64,000 bases of DNA from Felis catus (GCF_018350175.1 NC_058368.1:106456001-106520000); one strand, 5' to 3'. Counted from the first letter of the stretch, positions 12,116-24,499 are shown. Notes: a model not told the origin generated them from the letters alone. A program made the numbers and translations.

Positions 12116-13546
12116 TGGATTTATTTGGGGGCTCCATTTATTTATTACCTTGATCTTCTTGTGCTTTTAATTTGTTCCTAAGTATTTCCTAGTGTTAGCA
12201 AAAATGGTAGTTTTCTTTTTTCAATTTGAGTTTTAAATAATTAATGACTAGTATATAGTGATACATTAATTCATTTACTTAGATATATTGGTTTTATATT
12301 TTGAAACTTTGCTACATTCTAGTAGCATTTCTGTATATTACTTGAGGTTTGCTACATAGACAGTTGTAATCACTGAATGGAAATGGTTTTATTTTTTACT
12401 TCACAAACTGGATGCTTTTTATTTCATTTGATTACCTCATTAGACTGGCTAGGACATGGAACAGAAGTAATGAAGGTGGACATCCTTACCTTATTCATGA
12501 CATTAGAGAGAGAAAGCATTCAGCCTTTCATCATTTACATGTTAACTGCAGGAGTTGTGCAGATGTTCTTTATCAGGCTAAGCAACTTTCCTTCTGTTCT
12601 TAATTTGCCAAGTTTTTATGATGAATGGATGTTAATTTTTAGCAATACTTTTTCTGCATCTGTTGAGATGAACATGCGGATTTTCTTTGGTCTGCTGATA
12701 CAAGGAATTCTTTTGGCCGTAGTTTGAATATTAAACGACTCTTAGGGTCCCAGGATAAATCACTCTAGGTCATGAGGTGTTCTTTTTTCTATTTTGCTGG
12801 ATCAAAATTTCTAATACAGCATTTTAGTTTAGTTTTTTTTTTTCATTTATGGTAAATTGTATTTTTATATCTTTTACAGGTTTTATTTTTGTAAAATGAT
12901 TTTTTGAAGAGTTTGTGTGAAATTGGTATTTTTTAATGCTTTGGTAGAATTCATTAGTGAAGCAATCTGGGCACTGAAATTGTTTTGCTTGTAAGCAACC
13001 ATAAATTCCTCTGGTTGCTAGAGAACTATACAAATAGTTCATTTCTTATTATATAAACTTCCACAGGTTGTGTTTATTAAGGGATTTATCTATTTCGTTA
13101 ACTTGTTGTTTCATAACTTTGGGGGCAAAAATTGGTCTTTTGAATTTTTTTTAAGTGTCTTTAGGAGCCACAAAAATGTTCGCTCTATTATTGCTGGTTT
13201 CTCTAGTGGTTCCCCCACCTCCACCCTGTCTATCAATAAATTTGTCGATTTTATTTATGCCTACAAGGATTCAGCTGCTGGTTGCCTTGATTTCTTTCTT
13301 TCTCTCTCTCTTTTTATTTTATTGACTTTTGTTATTTTCTGCTGATTCAAGTTTATTGACTCTTCTTTGTTTAGGTTTTTCAGATGAAAACTTAATTTAC
13401 TTGACACATTTTTTCTTTTTCATATATTAGCCTTTAATGCTATAAATATTATTTTATTTTTATTTTTTTTTCTGGTTTAGAGCCTGGAGTTTTATTTTTT
13501 TATTTTATTTTATTTATTTATTTATTTATTTTTTATATATATGAAA

Positions 13547-13552
13547 TTTATT
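13547..13552 (-). terminator. L1 polyadenylation signal AATAAA
   Basis: tttatt on + strand just before the A-rich tail; same position in the other L1 copy. Confidence 0.75.
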
Positions 13553-13763
13553 GACTAACTGGTTTCCATACAACACCCAGTGCTCATCCCAAAAGGTGCC
13601 CTCCTCAATACCCATCACCCACCCTCTCCTCCCTCCCACCCCCCATCAACCCTCAGTTTGTTCTCAGTTTTTAACAGTCTCTTATGCTTTGGCTCTCTCC
13701 CACTCTAACCTGTTTTTTTTTTTTTTTTTCCTTCCCCTCCCCCATGGGTTCCTGTTAAGTTTC

Positions 13764-16700
13764 TCAGGATCCACATAAGAGTGAAACCATATGGTATCTG
13801 TCTTTCTCTGTATGGCTTATTTCACTTAGCATCACACTCTCCAGTTCCATCCACGTTGCTACAAAAGGCCATATTTCATTTTTTCTCATTGCCACGTAGT
13901 ACTCCATTGTGTATATAAACCACAATTTCTTTATCTATTCCTCAGTTGATGGACATTTAGGCTCTTTCCATAATTTGGCTATTGTTGAGAGTGCTGCTAT
14001 GAACATTGGGGTACAAGTGGCCCTATGCATCAGTACTCCTGTATCCCTTGGGTAAATTTCTAGCAGTGCTATTGCTGGGTCATAGGGTAGGTCTATTTTT
14101 AATTTTCTGAGGAACCTCCACACTGCTTTCCAGAGCGGCTGCACCAATTTGCATTGCCACCAACAGTGCAAGAGGGTTCCCGTTTCTCCACATCCTCTCC
14201 AGCATCTATAGTCTCCTGATTTGTTCATTTTGGCCACTCTGACTGGCGTGAGGTGATACCTGAGTGTGGTTTTGATTTGTATTTCCCTGATAAGGAGCGA
14301 CGCTGAACATCTTTTCATGTGCCTGTTGGCCATCCGGATGTCTTCTTTAGAGAAGTGTCTATTCATGTTTTCTGCCCATTTCTTCACTGGGTTATTTGTT
14401 TTTTGGGTGTGGAGTTTGGTGAGCTCTTTATAGATTTTGGATACTAGCCCTTTGTGCGATATGTCATTTGCAAATATCTTTTCCCATTCCGTTGGTTGCC
14501 TTTTAGTTTTGTTGGTTGTTTCCTTTGCTGTGCAGAAGCTTTTTATCTTCATAAGGTCCCAGTAATTCACTTTTGCTTTTAATTCCCTTGCCTTTGGGGA
14601 TGTGTCGAGTAAGAGATTGCTACGGCTGAGGTCAGAGAGGTCTTTTCCTGCTTTCTCCTCTAAGGTTTTGATGGTTTCCTGTCTCACATTTAGGTCCTTT
14701 ATCCATTTTGAGTTTATTTTTGTGAATGGTGTGAGAAAGTGGTCTAGTTTCAACCTTCTGCATGTTGCTGTCCAGTTCTCCCAGCACCATTTGTTAAAGA
14801 GGCTGTCTTTTTTCCATTGGATGTTCTTCCCTGCTTTGTCAAAGATGAGTTGGCCATACGTTTGTGGGTCTAGTTCTGGGGTTTCTATTCTATTCCATTG
14901 GTCTGTGTGTCTGTTTTTGTGCCAATACCATGCTGTCTTGATGATGACAGCTTTGTAGTAGAGGCTAAAGTCTGGGATTGTGATGCCTCCTGCTTTGGTC
15001 TTCTTCTTCAAAATTCCTTTGGCTATTCGGGGCCTTTTGTGGTTCCATATGAATTTTAGGATTGCTTGTTCTAGTTTTGAGAAGAATGCTGGTGCAATTT
15101 TGATTGGGATTGCATTGAATGTGTAGATAGCTTTGGGTAGTATTGACATTTTGACAATATTTATTTTTCCAATCCATGAGCAGGGAATGTCTTTCCATTT
15201 CTTTAAATCTTCTTCAATTTCCTTCATAAGCTTTCTATAGTTTTCAGCATACAGATCCTTTACATCTTTGGTTAGATTTATTCCTAGGTATTTTATGTTT
15301 CTTGGTGCAATTGTGAATGGGATCAGTTTCTTTATTTGTCTTTCTGTTGCTTCATTGTTAGTGTATAAGAATGCAACTGATTTCTGTACATTGATTTTGT
15401 ATCCTGCAACTTTGCTGAATTCCTGTATCAGTTCTAGCAGACTTTTGGTGGAGTCTATCGGATTTTCCATGCATAATATCATGTCATCTGCAAAAAGCGA
15501 AAGCTTGACTTCATCTTTGCCAATTTTGATGCCTTTGATTTCCTTTTGTTGTCTGATTGCTGATGCTAGAACTTCCAGCATTATGTTAAACAGCAGCGGT
15601 AAGAGTGGGCATCCTTGTCGTGTTCCTGATCTCAGGGAAAAAGCTCTCAGTTTTTCCCCATTGAGGATGATGTTAGCTGTGGGCTTTTCATAAATGGCTT
15701 TTATGATCTTTAAGTATGTTCCTTCTATCCCGACTTTCTCAAGGGTTTTTATTAAGAAAGGGTGCTGGATTTTGTCAAAGGCCTTTTCTGCATCGATTGA
15801 CAGGATCATATGGTTCTTCTCTTGTTTTTTGTTAATGTGATGTATCACGTTGATTGATTTGCGAATGTTGAACCAGCCCTGCATCCCAGGAATGAATCCC
15901 ACTTGATCATGGTGAATAATTCTTTTTATATGCCGTTGAATTTGATTTGCTAGTATCTTATTGAGAATTTTTGCATCCATATTCATCAGGGATATTGGCC
16001 TGTAGTTCTCTTTTTTTTACCGGGTCTCTCTCTGGTTTAGGAATCAAAGTAATACTGGCTTCATAGAATAAGTCTGGAAGTTTTCCTTCCCTTTCTATTT
16101 CTTGGAATAGCTTGAGAAGGATAGGTATTATCTCTGCTTTAAACGTCTGGTAGAACTCCCCTGGGAAGCCATCTGGTCCTGGACTCTTATTTGTTGGGAG
16201 ATTTTTGATAACCGATTCAATTTCTTCGCTGGTTATGGGTCTGTTCAAGCTTTCTATTTCCTCCTGATTGAGTTTTGAAAGAGTGTGGGTGTTCAGGAAT
16301 TTGTCCATTTCTTCCAGGTTGTCCAATTTGTTGGCATATAATTTTTCATAGTATTCCCTGATAATTGCTTGTATCTCTGAGGGATTGGTTGTAATAGTTC
16401 CATTTTCATTCATGATTTTATCTATTTGGGTCATCTCCCTTTTCTTTTTGAGAAGCCTGGCTAGAGGTTTGTCAATTTTGTTTATTTTTTCAAAAAACCA
16501 ACTCTTGGTTTCGTTGATCTGCTCTACAGTTTTTTTAGATTCTATATTGTTTATTTCTGCTCTGATCTTTATTATTTCTCTTCTTCTGCTGGGTTTAGGC
16601 TGCCTTTGCTGTTCTGCTTCTAGTTCCTTTAGGTGTGCTGTTAGATTTTGTATTTGGGATTTTTCTTGTTTCTCGAGATAGGCCTGGATTGCAATGTATT

Positions 16701-17592
16701 TTCCTCTCAGGACTGCCTTCGCTGCATCCCAAAGCGTCTGGATTGTTGTATTTTCATTTTCGTTTGTTTCCATATATTTTTAAATTTCTTCTCTAATTGC
16801 CTGGTTGACCCACTCATTCGTTAGTAGGGTGTTCTTTAACCTCCATGCCTTTGGAGGTTTTCCAGACTTTTTTCTGTGGTTGATTTCAAGCTTCATAGCA
16901 TTGTGGTCTGAAAGTATGCATTGTATAATTTCAATTCTTGTAAACTTATGAAGGGCTGTTTTGTGACCCAGTATATGATCTATCTTGGAGAATGTTCCAT
17001 GTGCACTCGAGAAGAAAGTATATTCTGTTGCTTTGGGATGCAGAGTTCTAAATATATCTGTCAAGTCCATCTGATCCAATGTCTCATTTAGGGCCCTTGT
17101 TTCTTTATTGACCGTGTGTCTAGATGATCTGTCCATTTCTGTAAGTGGGGTGTTAAAGTCCCCTGCAATTACCACATTCTTATCAATAAGTTTGCTTATG
17201 TTTATGAGTAATTGTTTTATATATTTGGGGGCTCCAGTATTCAGCGCATAGACGTTTATAATTGTTAGCTCTTCCTGATGGATAGACCCTGTAACTATTA
17301 TCTAATGTCCTTCTTCATCTCTTGTTACAGCCTTTAATTTAAAGTCTAGTTTGTCTGATATAAGTATGGCTACTCCAGCTTTCTTTTGGCTTCCAGTCGC
17401 ATGATAAATAGTTCTCCATCCCCTCACTCTCAATCTAAAGGTGTCCTCAGGTCTAAAATGAGTCTCTTGTAGACAGCAAATAGATGGGTCTTGTTTTTTT
17501 TTTATCCATTCTGATACCCTATGTCTTTTGGTTGGCGCATTTAATCCATTTACATTCAGTGTTATTATAGAAAGATATGGGTTTAGAGTCAT
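13764..17592 (-). pseudogene. ORF2: L1 ORF2p (endonuclease/reverse transcriptase), full length but disabled
   Basis: Starts MTLNPYLSIITLNVNGLN at ATG 17592; has CCLQETH, GDFNTPL, SDH, QGCPL, FADD, CWRGC..HCWWQC; ends LLCGS* at 13764. Lesions: TAG 17302, TAA 16780, +1 A in run ~16011-16018, TAG 13935. Confidence 0.96.
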
Positions 17593-17642
17593 TGTGATGT
17601 CTGTATGTTTTATGCTTGTAGTGATGTCTCTGGGACTTTGTC

Positions 17643-18536
17643 TCACAGGGTCCCCCTTAGGATCTCTTGTAGGGCTGGTTTAGTGGTGACAAATTCCTTC
17701 AGTTTTTGTTTGTTTGGGAAGACCTTTATCTCTCCTTCTATTCTAAATGACAGACTTGCTGGATAAAGGATTCTCGGCTGCATATTTTTTCTGTCTAGCA
17801 CCCTAAAAATCTCGTGCCAATTCTTTCTGGCCTGCCAAGTTTCAAAAGAGAGATCAGTCACGAGTCTTATAGGTCTCCCTTTATATGTGAGGGCACGTTT
17901 ACCCCTTGCTGCTTTCAGAATTTTCTCTTTATCCTTGTATTTTGCCAGTTTCACTATGATATGTCGTGCAGAAGATCGATTCAAGTTACATCTGAAGGGA
18001 GTTCTCTGTGCCTCTTGGATTTCAATGCCTTTTTCCTTCCCCAGTTCAGGGAAGTTCTCAGCTATTATTTCTTCAATTACCCCTTCAGCACCTTTCCCTC
18101 TCTGTTCCTCCTCTGGGATACCAATTATGCATATATTATTTCTTTTTAGTGTATCACTTTGTTCTCTAATTTTCCCCTCATACTCCTGGATTTTTTTATC
18201 TCTCTTTTTCTCAGCTTCCTCTTTTTCCATAACTTTATCTTCTAGTTCACCTATTCTCTCCTCTGCCTCTTCAACCCGAGCCGTGGTGGTTTCCATTTTG
18301 TTTTGCATTTCATTTAAAGCGTTTTTCAGCTCCTCGTGACTGTTCCTTAGTCCCTTGATCTTTGTAGCAAGAGATTCTCTGCTGTCCTCTATACTGTTTT
18401 CAAGCCCAGCGATTAATTTTATGACTATTACTCTAAATTCACTTTCTGTTATATTATTTAAATCCTTTTTGATCAGCTCATTAGCTGTTGTTATTTCCTG
18501 GAGATTCTTCTGAGGGGAATTCTTCCGCTTGGTCAT
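17643..18536 (-). CDS. ORF1: L1 ORF1p (RNA-binding nucleic-acid chaperone), intact 297 aa
   Basis: ATG at 18536 (MTKRKNSPQK); coiled coil, RNNICIIGIPE, RHIIVK, YKGRPIRL, ARKNW, YPASLSF motifs; no stops. Confidence 0.93.
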   Translation of the reverse strand: MTKRKNSPQKNLQEITTANELIKKDLNNITESEFRVIVIKLIAGLENSIEDSRESLATKIKGLRNSHEELKNALNEMQNKMETTTARVEEAEERIGELEDKVMEKEEAEKKRDKKIQEYEGKIREQSDTLKRNNICIIGIPEEEQRGKGAEGVIEEIIAENFPELGKEKGIEIQEAQRTPFRCNLNRSSARHIIVKLAKYKDKEKILKAARGKRALTYKGRPIRLVTDLSFETWQARKNWHEIFRVLDRKNMQPRILYPASLSFRIEGEIKVFPNKQKLKEFVTTKPALQEILRGTL

Positions 18537-19467
18537 TTTGGCCAAGTCCCTGGCCTGGTGAGGACCTGCAGGGCACTTCCCCTGTGCTGTGGTGTATAAC
18601 TGGGGTTGGTGGGTGGGGCTGCAGTCAGACCTGATGTCTGCCCCCAGGCCACCGCTGGGGCCACAGTCAGACTGGTGTGTGCCTTCTCTTCCCCTCTCCT
18701 AGGGGCAGGATTCACTGTGGGTGGTGTGGCCCGTCTGGGCTGCTTGCACACTGCCAGGCTTGTGATGCTGGGGATCTGGCGTATTAGCTGGGGTGGGTAG
18801 GCAAAGTGCACGGGGGCAGGAGGGGCAGGCTTAGCTCGCTTCTCCTTAGGTGATCCACTTCAGGAGGGGCCCTGTGGCAGCGGGAGGGAGTCAGATCCGC
18901 TGCCGGAGGTTTGGCTCCGTAGAAGCACAGAGTTGGGTATTTGCGCTGAGCGAGCAAGTTCCCTGGCAGGAACTGGTTCCCTTTGGGATTTTGGCTGGGG
19001 GATGGGCGGGGGAGATGGCGCTGGAGAGCGCCTTTGTTCCCCGCCAAACTGAGCTCTGTCGTCCGGGGGCTCAGCAGCTCTCCCTCCCTTTGTCCTCCAG
19101 CCTTTCCGCTTTCCGAGCAGAGCTGTTAACTTATGACCTCCCAGACGCTAAGTCGCGCTTGCTGTCGGAACACAGTCCGCCCGGCCCCTCCGCTTTTGCC
19201 AGCCAGACTCGGGGTCTCTGCTTGGCCAGCGAGCCGCCCCTCCGCCCCGGCTCCCTCCCGCCAGTCCGTGGAGCGCGCACCGCCTCACCGCCCTTCCTAC
19301 CCTCTTCCGTGGGCCTCTCGTCTGCGTTTGGCTCCGGCGACTCCGTTCTGCCAATCCTCTGGCGGTTTTTCTGGGTTATTTAGGCAGGTGTAGGTGGAAT
19401 CTAAGTGATCAGCAGGACGTGTGGTGAGCCCAGCGTCCTCCTAAGCCGCCATCTTGCCGGAACCGCC
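18537..19467 (-). promoter_or_regulatory. L1 5'UTR internal promoter, GC/CpG-rich, with YY1-like site at its 5' end
   Basis: Dense CpGs 18880-19467; gccgccatctt at 19445-19455 fits the YY1 consensus near the L1 start. Confidence 0.8.
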
Positions 19468-19480
19468 TAATGCTATAAAT

Positions 19481-20842
19481 TTTAAACACCATTTCAACTG
19501 TGCCACATAGAACACACATTCTGTGATTTCGGTTCTTTGAAATAGCTAATAGCTCCTTCTTATGGGGGAAACAACTCTCCCTGTATTTCCTGTATTCCTG
19601 CACAAGTGAAGTCTCTGAGCAAAGGCTATTTTGAACCACAAATATGTGTTGGAAATTAGAGACAGTGTCTCCCTAAAGATGGAGAACCCTGGATATTTCC
19701 CAGATTTAATAGAGTTTCCTCCCTTCCTCCTTAGAGGCCTATGTACTTGAAAATAACACATATTCTCTTGTTTGGTGAGTTGTCTTGTAAATGGAACTTA
19801 AGTTTGCAGGCCCTTGTGTCCTTAGTGACTTGCTCTTGTTTTGTAAATTGTTGAGAGAGTATTGAAATCTCTAGTTGCAGTTACGGGTTTGTCTATTTCT
19901 CTTTCTAGTTCCTTAAATTTTTGTTTCAGTGTTTTGAAACTCCCTTGTTAGACTAGGATTGCTCTTTTTTTGAATGAACACTTTGATCATGATGTAATGG
20001 ATCTCTTTATCCCTGGTTTCTTTGAAATAAATATTGTCAGTAAATTTCTCTTTTGATTAGTGTTTGTACGGTATATTTTCCATGGCCTTTGCATTTCTGT
20101 GTACTTGATGGGTGTTGGTTATACAAAGCATTCCCATATTGGAGTCATGTTTAAATCCAATCTGACCATCTCTTTTAAGTGATATACTTGGATGATTCAC
20201 ATTTCATGTAATTAATTATATGGTTAAAAGCTACCATCTTGCTAAATAATTTATAGTTGTTCCATCATTTTGTCTTTTTGTCTGCTGCATTTTAGTAATA
20301 GATCTTTTTTTTTTTTTTTTACTTTCACTTTACCTGCACTATTGGCTTACAATTTATACCCCTTTTCTCATTTTGAAAAAATGTGCGTTCCTTCTGGCTT
20401 ACCATGTACATCTCTAAATAACCAGTTTACCTTCAGGTAATATTATTGTACTTGGTATGTCGTATAAGAATTTTGCGACAGTATATTTCAAACTCCTTTC
20501 TCACATCTTTAGTGTTAACTTGATACTGCGTACTATTCTTCTACATGTATTAACCCACAGTATATTGTTGCTGTTTTTGCTGTACATCATGAATTACCTT
20601 ACAGAGAACTTAAACATTTCACATTTATCCTTTCTTTAACCATTTCCAGAGAAAAATTTTCTGTATGGTGCCATGTTCATTTTTTCTTGAACTTGTTCTA
20701 ACATTTCCTGTGGTATACCAGTTCTACTGGTAATGTATTCTCTGTTAGTCTTTCTGAAAATCCTATCTTTCCATTTCATTGAAAAGATACCTTCATGGTG
20801 TGAAGACTGCTCAATTAAGTTTTTGTCTTAGTTATTTTCGGA
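19481..20842 (-). mobile_element. Ancient L1 fragments (endonuclease region), continuation of the host element
   Basis: ttgagagagtattgaaatctctagttgcagtt...gtctatttctctttctagttc and tttaaatccaatctgaccatctc resemble the L1 EN antisense. Confidence 0.55.
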
Positions 20843-20858
20843 CAAGTCTGCCATAGTT

Positions 20859-21440
20859 ATTTTTTAAATTAATTTATTAATTTATTTCTATTTTATTTTT
20901 TATGTTTTAAAATTTACATCCAGATTAGTTAGCATATAGTGCAACAATGATTTCAGGAGTAGACTCCTTAGTGCCCCTTCCCCATTTAGCCCATCCACCC
21001 TCCCCAAACCCCTCCAGTAACCCTCAGTTCTCCATATTTATGAGTCTCTTCTGTTTTGTCCTCCTCTCTGTTTTCATATTATTTTTGTTTCCCTTCCCTT
21101 ATGTCCATCTGTTTTGTCTCTTCAAGTCCTCATATGAGTGAAGTTATATGGTATTTATCTTTCTCTGACTAATTTCACTTAATTAAATTTCACTTAATTT
21201 CACTAATTTCGCTGATTCCGTTCATATATCGATGAACATTTGGGCTCTTCCCATACTCTGGCTATTGTTGATAGTGCTGCTATAAACATGGGGGTGCATG
21301 TGTCCCTTCGAAACAGCACACCTGTATCCTGTGGATAGATGCCTAGTAGTGCAATTGCTGAGTGGTAGGATAGTTCTATTTTTAGTTTTTTGAGGAACCT
21401 CCATACTGTTTTCCAGAGTGGCTGCACCAGCTTGCATTCT
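20859..21440 (-). mobile_element. 5'-truncated carnivore L1 (ORF2 end + 3'UTR) with internal deletion
   Basis: ORF 21203-21427 [16 protein letters not shown]...[10 protein letters not shown]-tail; TSD caagtctgccatagtt (20843-20858) / caagtctgctgtagtt (21441-21456). Confidence 0.92.
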
Positions 21441-24346
21441 CAAGTCTGCTGTAGTTCTTAACTTTGTTCCTCTATAAAGTATTTGTTCTCATTGTTTTTC
21501 TTTGGGCTGCCTGCAAGGTTTTCTTTCTCTGTTTTGATGTCAGTAGGTTGTATATAATATTTAAAATGCTTTATGTCCTCAGCTTTATAGATCTATAGGT
21601 GGCTTTTTAAAATAAAATTTTCACCTTTTCTCTTAATTTTTTTTTTTTTTTTTTTGGTTTCCGTCTGAGTCTTCAAGTACATGTGTCTTAGACCATTTGA
21701 TACTTGGCCACAATTATTAGATGCTGTGGTTGTATATTCCTCTCCCACCACACACACTGATTTTCTTCTCAGTGTTTTAGTTTGGGCATTTCACACTGAT
21801 TTGGGGGCATTTCTTTCTTTATTGCTTTAGTTGTTTTTTGTCTGTTTTTTTTTCTCCTTTCCTTCCTCTCTCCCTCCATTCTTCCCTTTCCTCCTTCCCC
21901 TGAGAATTTCTTACTTTTAGGCTAACTCATTCATGTATCAAGGAAGATGTTTTTCCGTATTATAGCAAGTAGTACTTGGTGATTTTGTTGAAATGGTTAA
22001 TTCTGGAAACTAGCCAATTTTATTGTCAGAAATGGAATTTATCCTAGTTCTTAAATTTTATTGTAGTAATTACATAGTTTCACTTCAGTATTTAGGTTAG
22101 AGTTCTGAAAGTTAAGCCTTGAGGTTGGCTGTGTCTTGTTAGGGAATCTGCTTGCCATTTTAGGAATTTGAAAAGGTGAATAAAATGACCTTAGGTTATG
22201 AAATGTATTTATGTATCTTTAACAGCTATATCTATTTTGTTACATAACCGCAATTTTATAAAACCTAATTAACACTTTCATGGACATTTTCATGTAATAC
22301 AATACTCAAATCTTGGTTAAATTTTTCAAAAAAAAAATTTGCTCTCTGGATGATTGGAATGAAGATCTAAACAAGGTCTACACATTACATTTGATTATTT
22401 CCCTTACGCATCCTTTGTTGTAGAGGTCTGTCCCGCTCTCCTTCCTCTTCTTATCACCTGCCACTGATGTGTTGCATTGAGCTGTCTGTCCCACATTTAG
22501 TGATACGCCAATTAATCAAGTGACAGCTTGAAATCTCTGTTGAAATACTAAATTTCCTGTCAATATCTTTTCTGTTTTATCTGTTGATAACCATTACCTA
22601 AATTAGGTTTTAAGGATAACAAAGTGGAGACTAATTTGATTATTCTTTCCGTATTTATTAAGTGTATGTTCTGTCTGGTGATATTGAATTAGCATTTGGT
22701 TTGGGGGTTACCATCATGATCTCAAGGGTTTTTAGTATAGTCTGTGTATTTTCAATTTCATTCATTGTTCAGTAGACACAATTTTTGCCTGTCCTTGCTT
22801 ACCAGGAGCCCCTTGTAATTATTTTTGTGTCATTAAAAATAACTGATTCATATTTGATAACTTTCTAATATTTCCTATTTCTTGTTTTACTTAATTGACT
22901 TAGCTACGTTCATTTACTCTTACCTGGAAAAAAGGTAGATCTTAGTAAGCTTACACTCTCCCCACGGGAAAGGGAAGTACCAAGTGGTACATTTGGGTTA
23001 CACCACTGCCCCACAGTGCTGATGACTTCAACCCAAATCCCAAGAATTACTCTGCTCTGTGGCTTAATTATATTTAGTTAGGGGTGGTGGTTAATTAAGT
23101 AAGGCTAGTTCTGGCAATTATTAAGCCTGTAGGAGAGGTTTCCAGTGCCAGACATTGATGGTTCTTTTTAGATTAAAGGATGCTGAAGGCCTGTGTTTTC
23201 ATCTGTGAATCCAAGTTGTCAACTCTGGGGCAACAGAAATCCCACTTAACTTCCTATGACAATTTTTGCAAAACTTTCAGTCCTGTTGGTTGAGTTTTTA
23301 AGTCTCTGTACTACTAAAAAGGTAACACTCGGTGATACTTACTTCTGTGAAGGTGAATCAATTCCAGTAACCTTTCCCACACGGGCGTGAGTCCCAATTT
23401 CCTGTATGTTCACAGGTGGTGTGGCCACTATTCCCATGGACCCTCCTATGTTAGCTCCAGTTAACTTTCTCACTTTGAGTTCTCTTTATTGTTGGCACCT
23501 AGATATTTTCGTGGTTTCAAGCTTGGTGTGGCATTACCTTTCAGTTTTACTGAAAAATTATCTATAATCTCTATGTGTCTTTGTATAGAGTTCCATTCAG
23601 TCTTTTCCTAAGGACAGAAAGTTTTGAACATCCTAACGAGAAATTAAAATTAGACATTTAAAAGTCACTTAAGAATTTTCTGGTAGACAATCGTGGAAAA
23701 GTTGAAAAAGCTTTTCTTAATGTTTCAAAAAATCTTAAACTCTCTCATGAGAAAAATAAAAAAAGCACTAAATTATTTTAGTAAACATAAAGTTGAATAA
23801 TTCGAGTTGAAGATGCAAAGTTAAGGTGTTTCTACTTTACTCCATTTGTAACCTCAATTAAAATGACTGAAAAAAAAAGTAAACCCCATCATCCATGATA
23901 CTAGTAGACAACCAAAATAATATACTAACTATACACAGTAACAGCCAAGCAGTGTGAAATTTTTGCCAAATTAAGGAACATACTAAGCATTCTGTAAGTT
24001 TTGATGTACCTTGGACACCGTGTCCCTCAAGACTTGCAGGACCTAATCAAGAGACATTTATTTGAAACATGCAAATCTGGGGACATGGGTGGGCCCTGGA
24101 ATCCTTTGAGAATAGATAGTGCTATGTGTTTCATGTAATTTTATACCATAAGCAGAGGTGGATTCTTTCTTAATTTGGTAAAAATTGTAACTGTGCAAAT
24201 TCCACTATCATTCTCAAGGGTGAACTAGTTGAAGGTTTTCCATCAAAGTGCCCATTACCTTTAATATTATGTAATATTGGGCTGTAGACATATCAGCAAA
24301 TGATATTCAACAAATGTTCAAAGAGCTTTAAAAATTTTAAAGTTCA

Positions 24347-24457
24347 GGGATGCCTAGGTGGTTCTGTCAGTTAAATGCTGACAGCTCGGAGCCTGGAGCC
24401 TAGAGCCTGCTTCAGATTCTGTCTCCCTCTCTCTCTGCCCCTCCCTGCTCATGCGCA

Positions 24458-24499
<42 letters not shown>

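Larger units (their letters stand above)
11172..13434 (-). mobile_element. Ancient L1 ORF2 fragments interrupted by SINEs
   Basis: Degraded L1 RT-region similarity, e.g. gtggacatccttaccttattcatgacattagagagagaaagcattcagcc and ttggtagaattcattagtgaagcaatctgg. Confidence 0.7.
13448..19467 (-). mobile_element. Full-length young felid LINE-1 (~6.0 kb)
   Basis: 5'UTR, ORF1, 50-nt spacer, ORF2, 3'UTR and A-tails. TSD taatgctataaat at 13435-13447 and 19468-19480. Target reads TTTT/AAA at 19480-19486, the L1 endonuclease consensus. Confidence 0.98.

Noticed and set aside
8702..18339. + strand ORFs overlapping the L1s (e.g. 9292-9669, 14602-14958, 15268-15693, 17887-18339)
   Set aside because: Antisense shadows of L1 ORF1/ORF2, mostly with non-ATG starts
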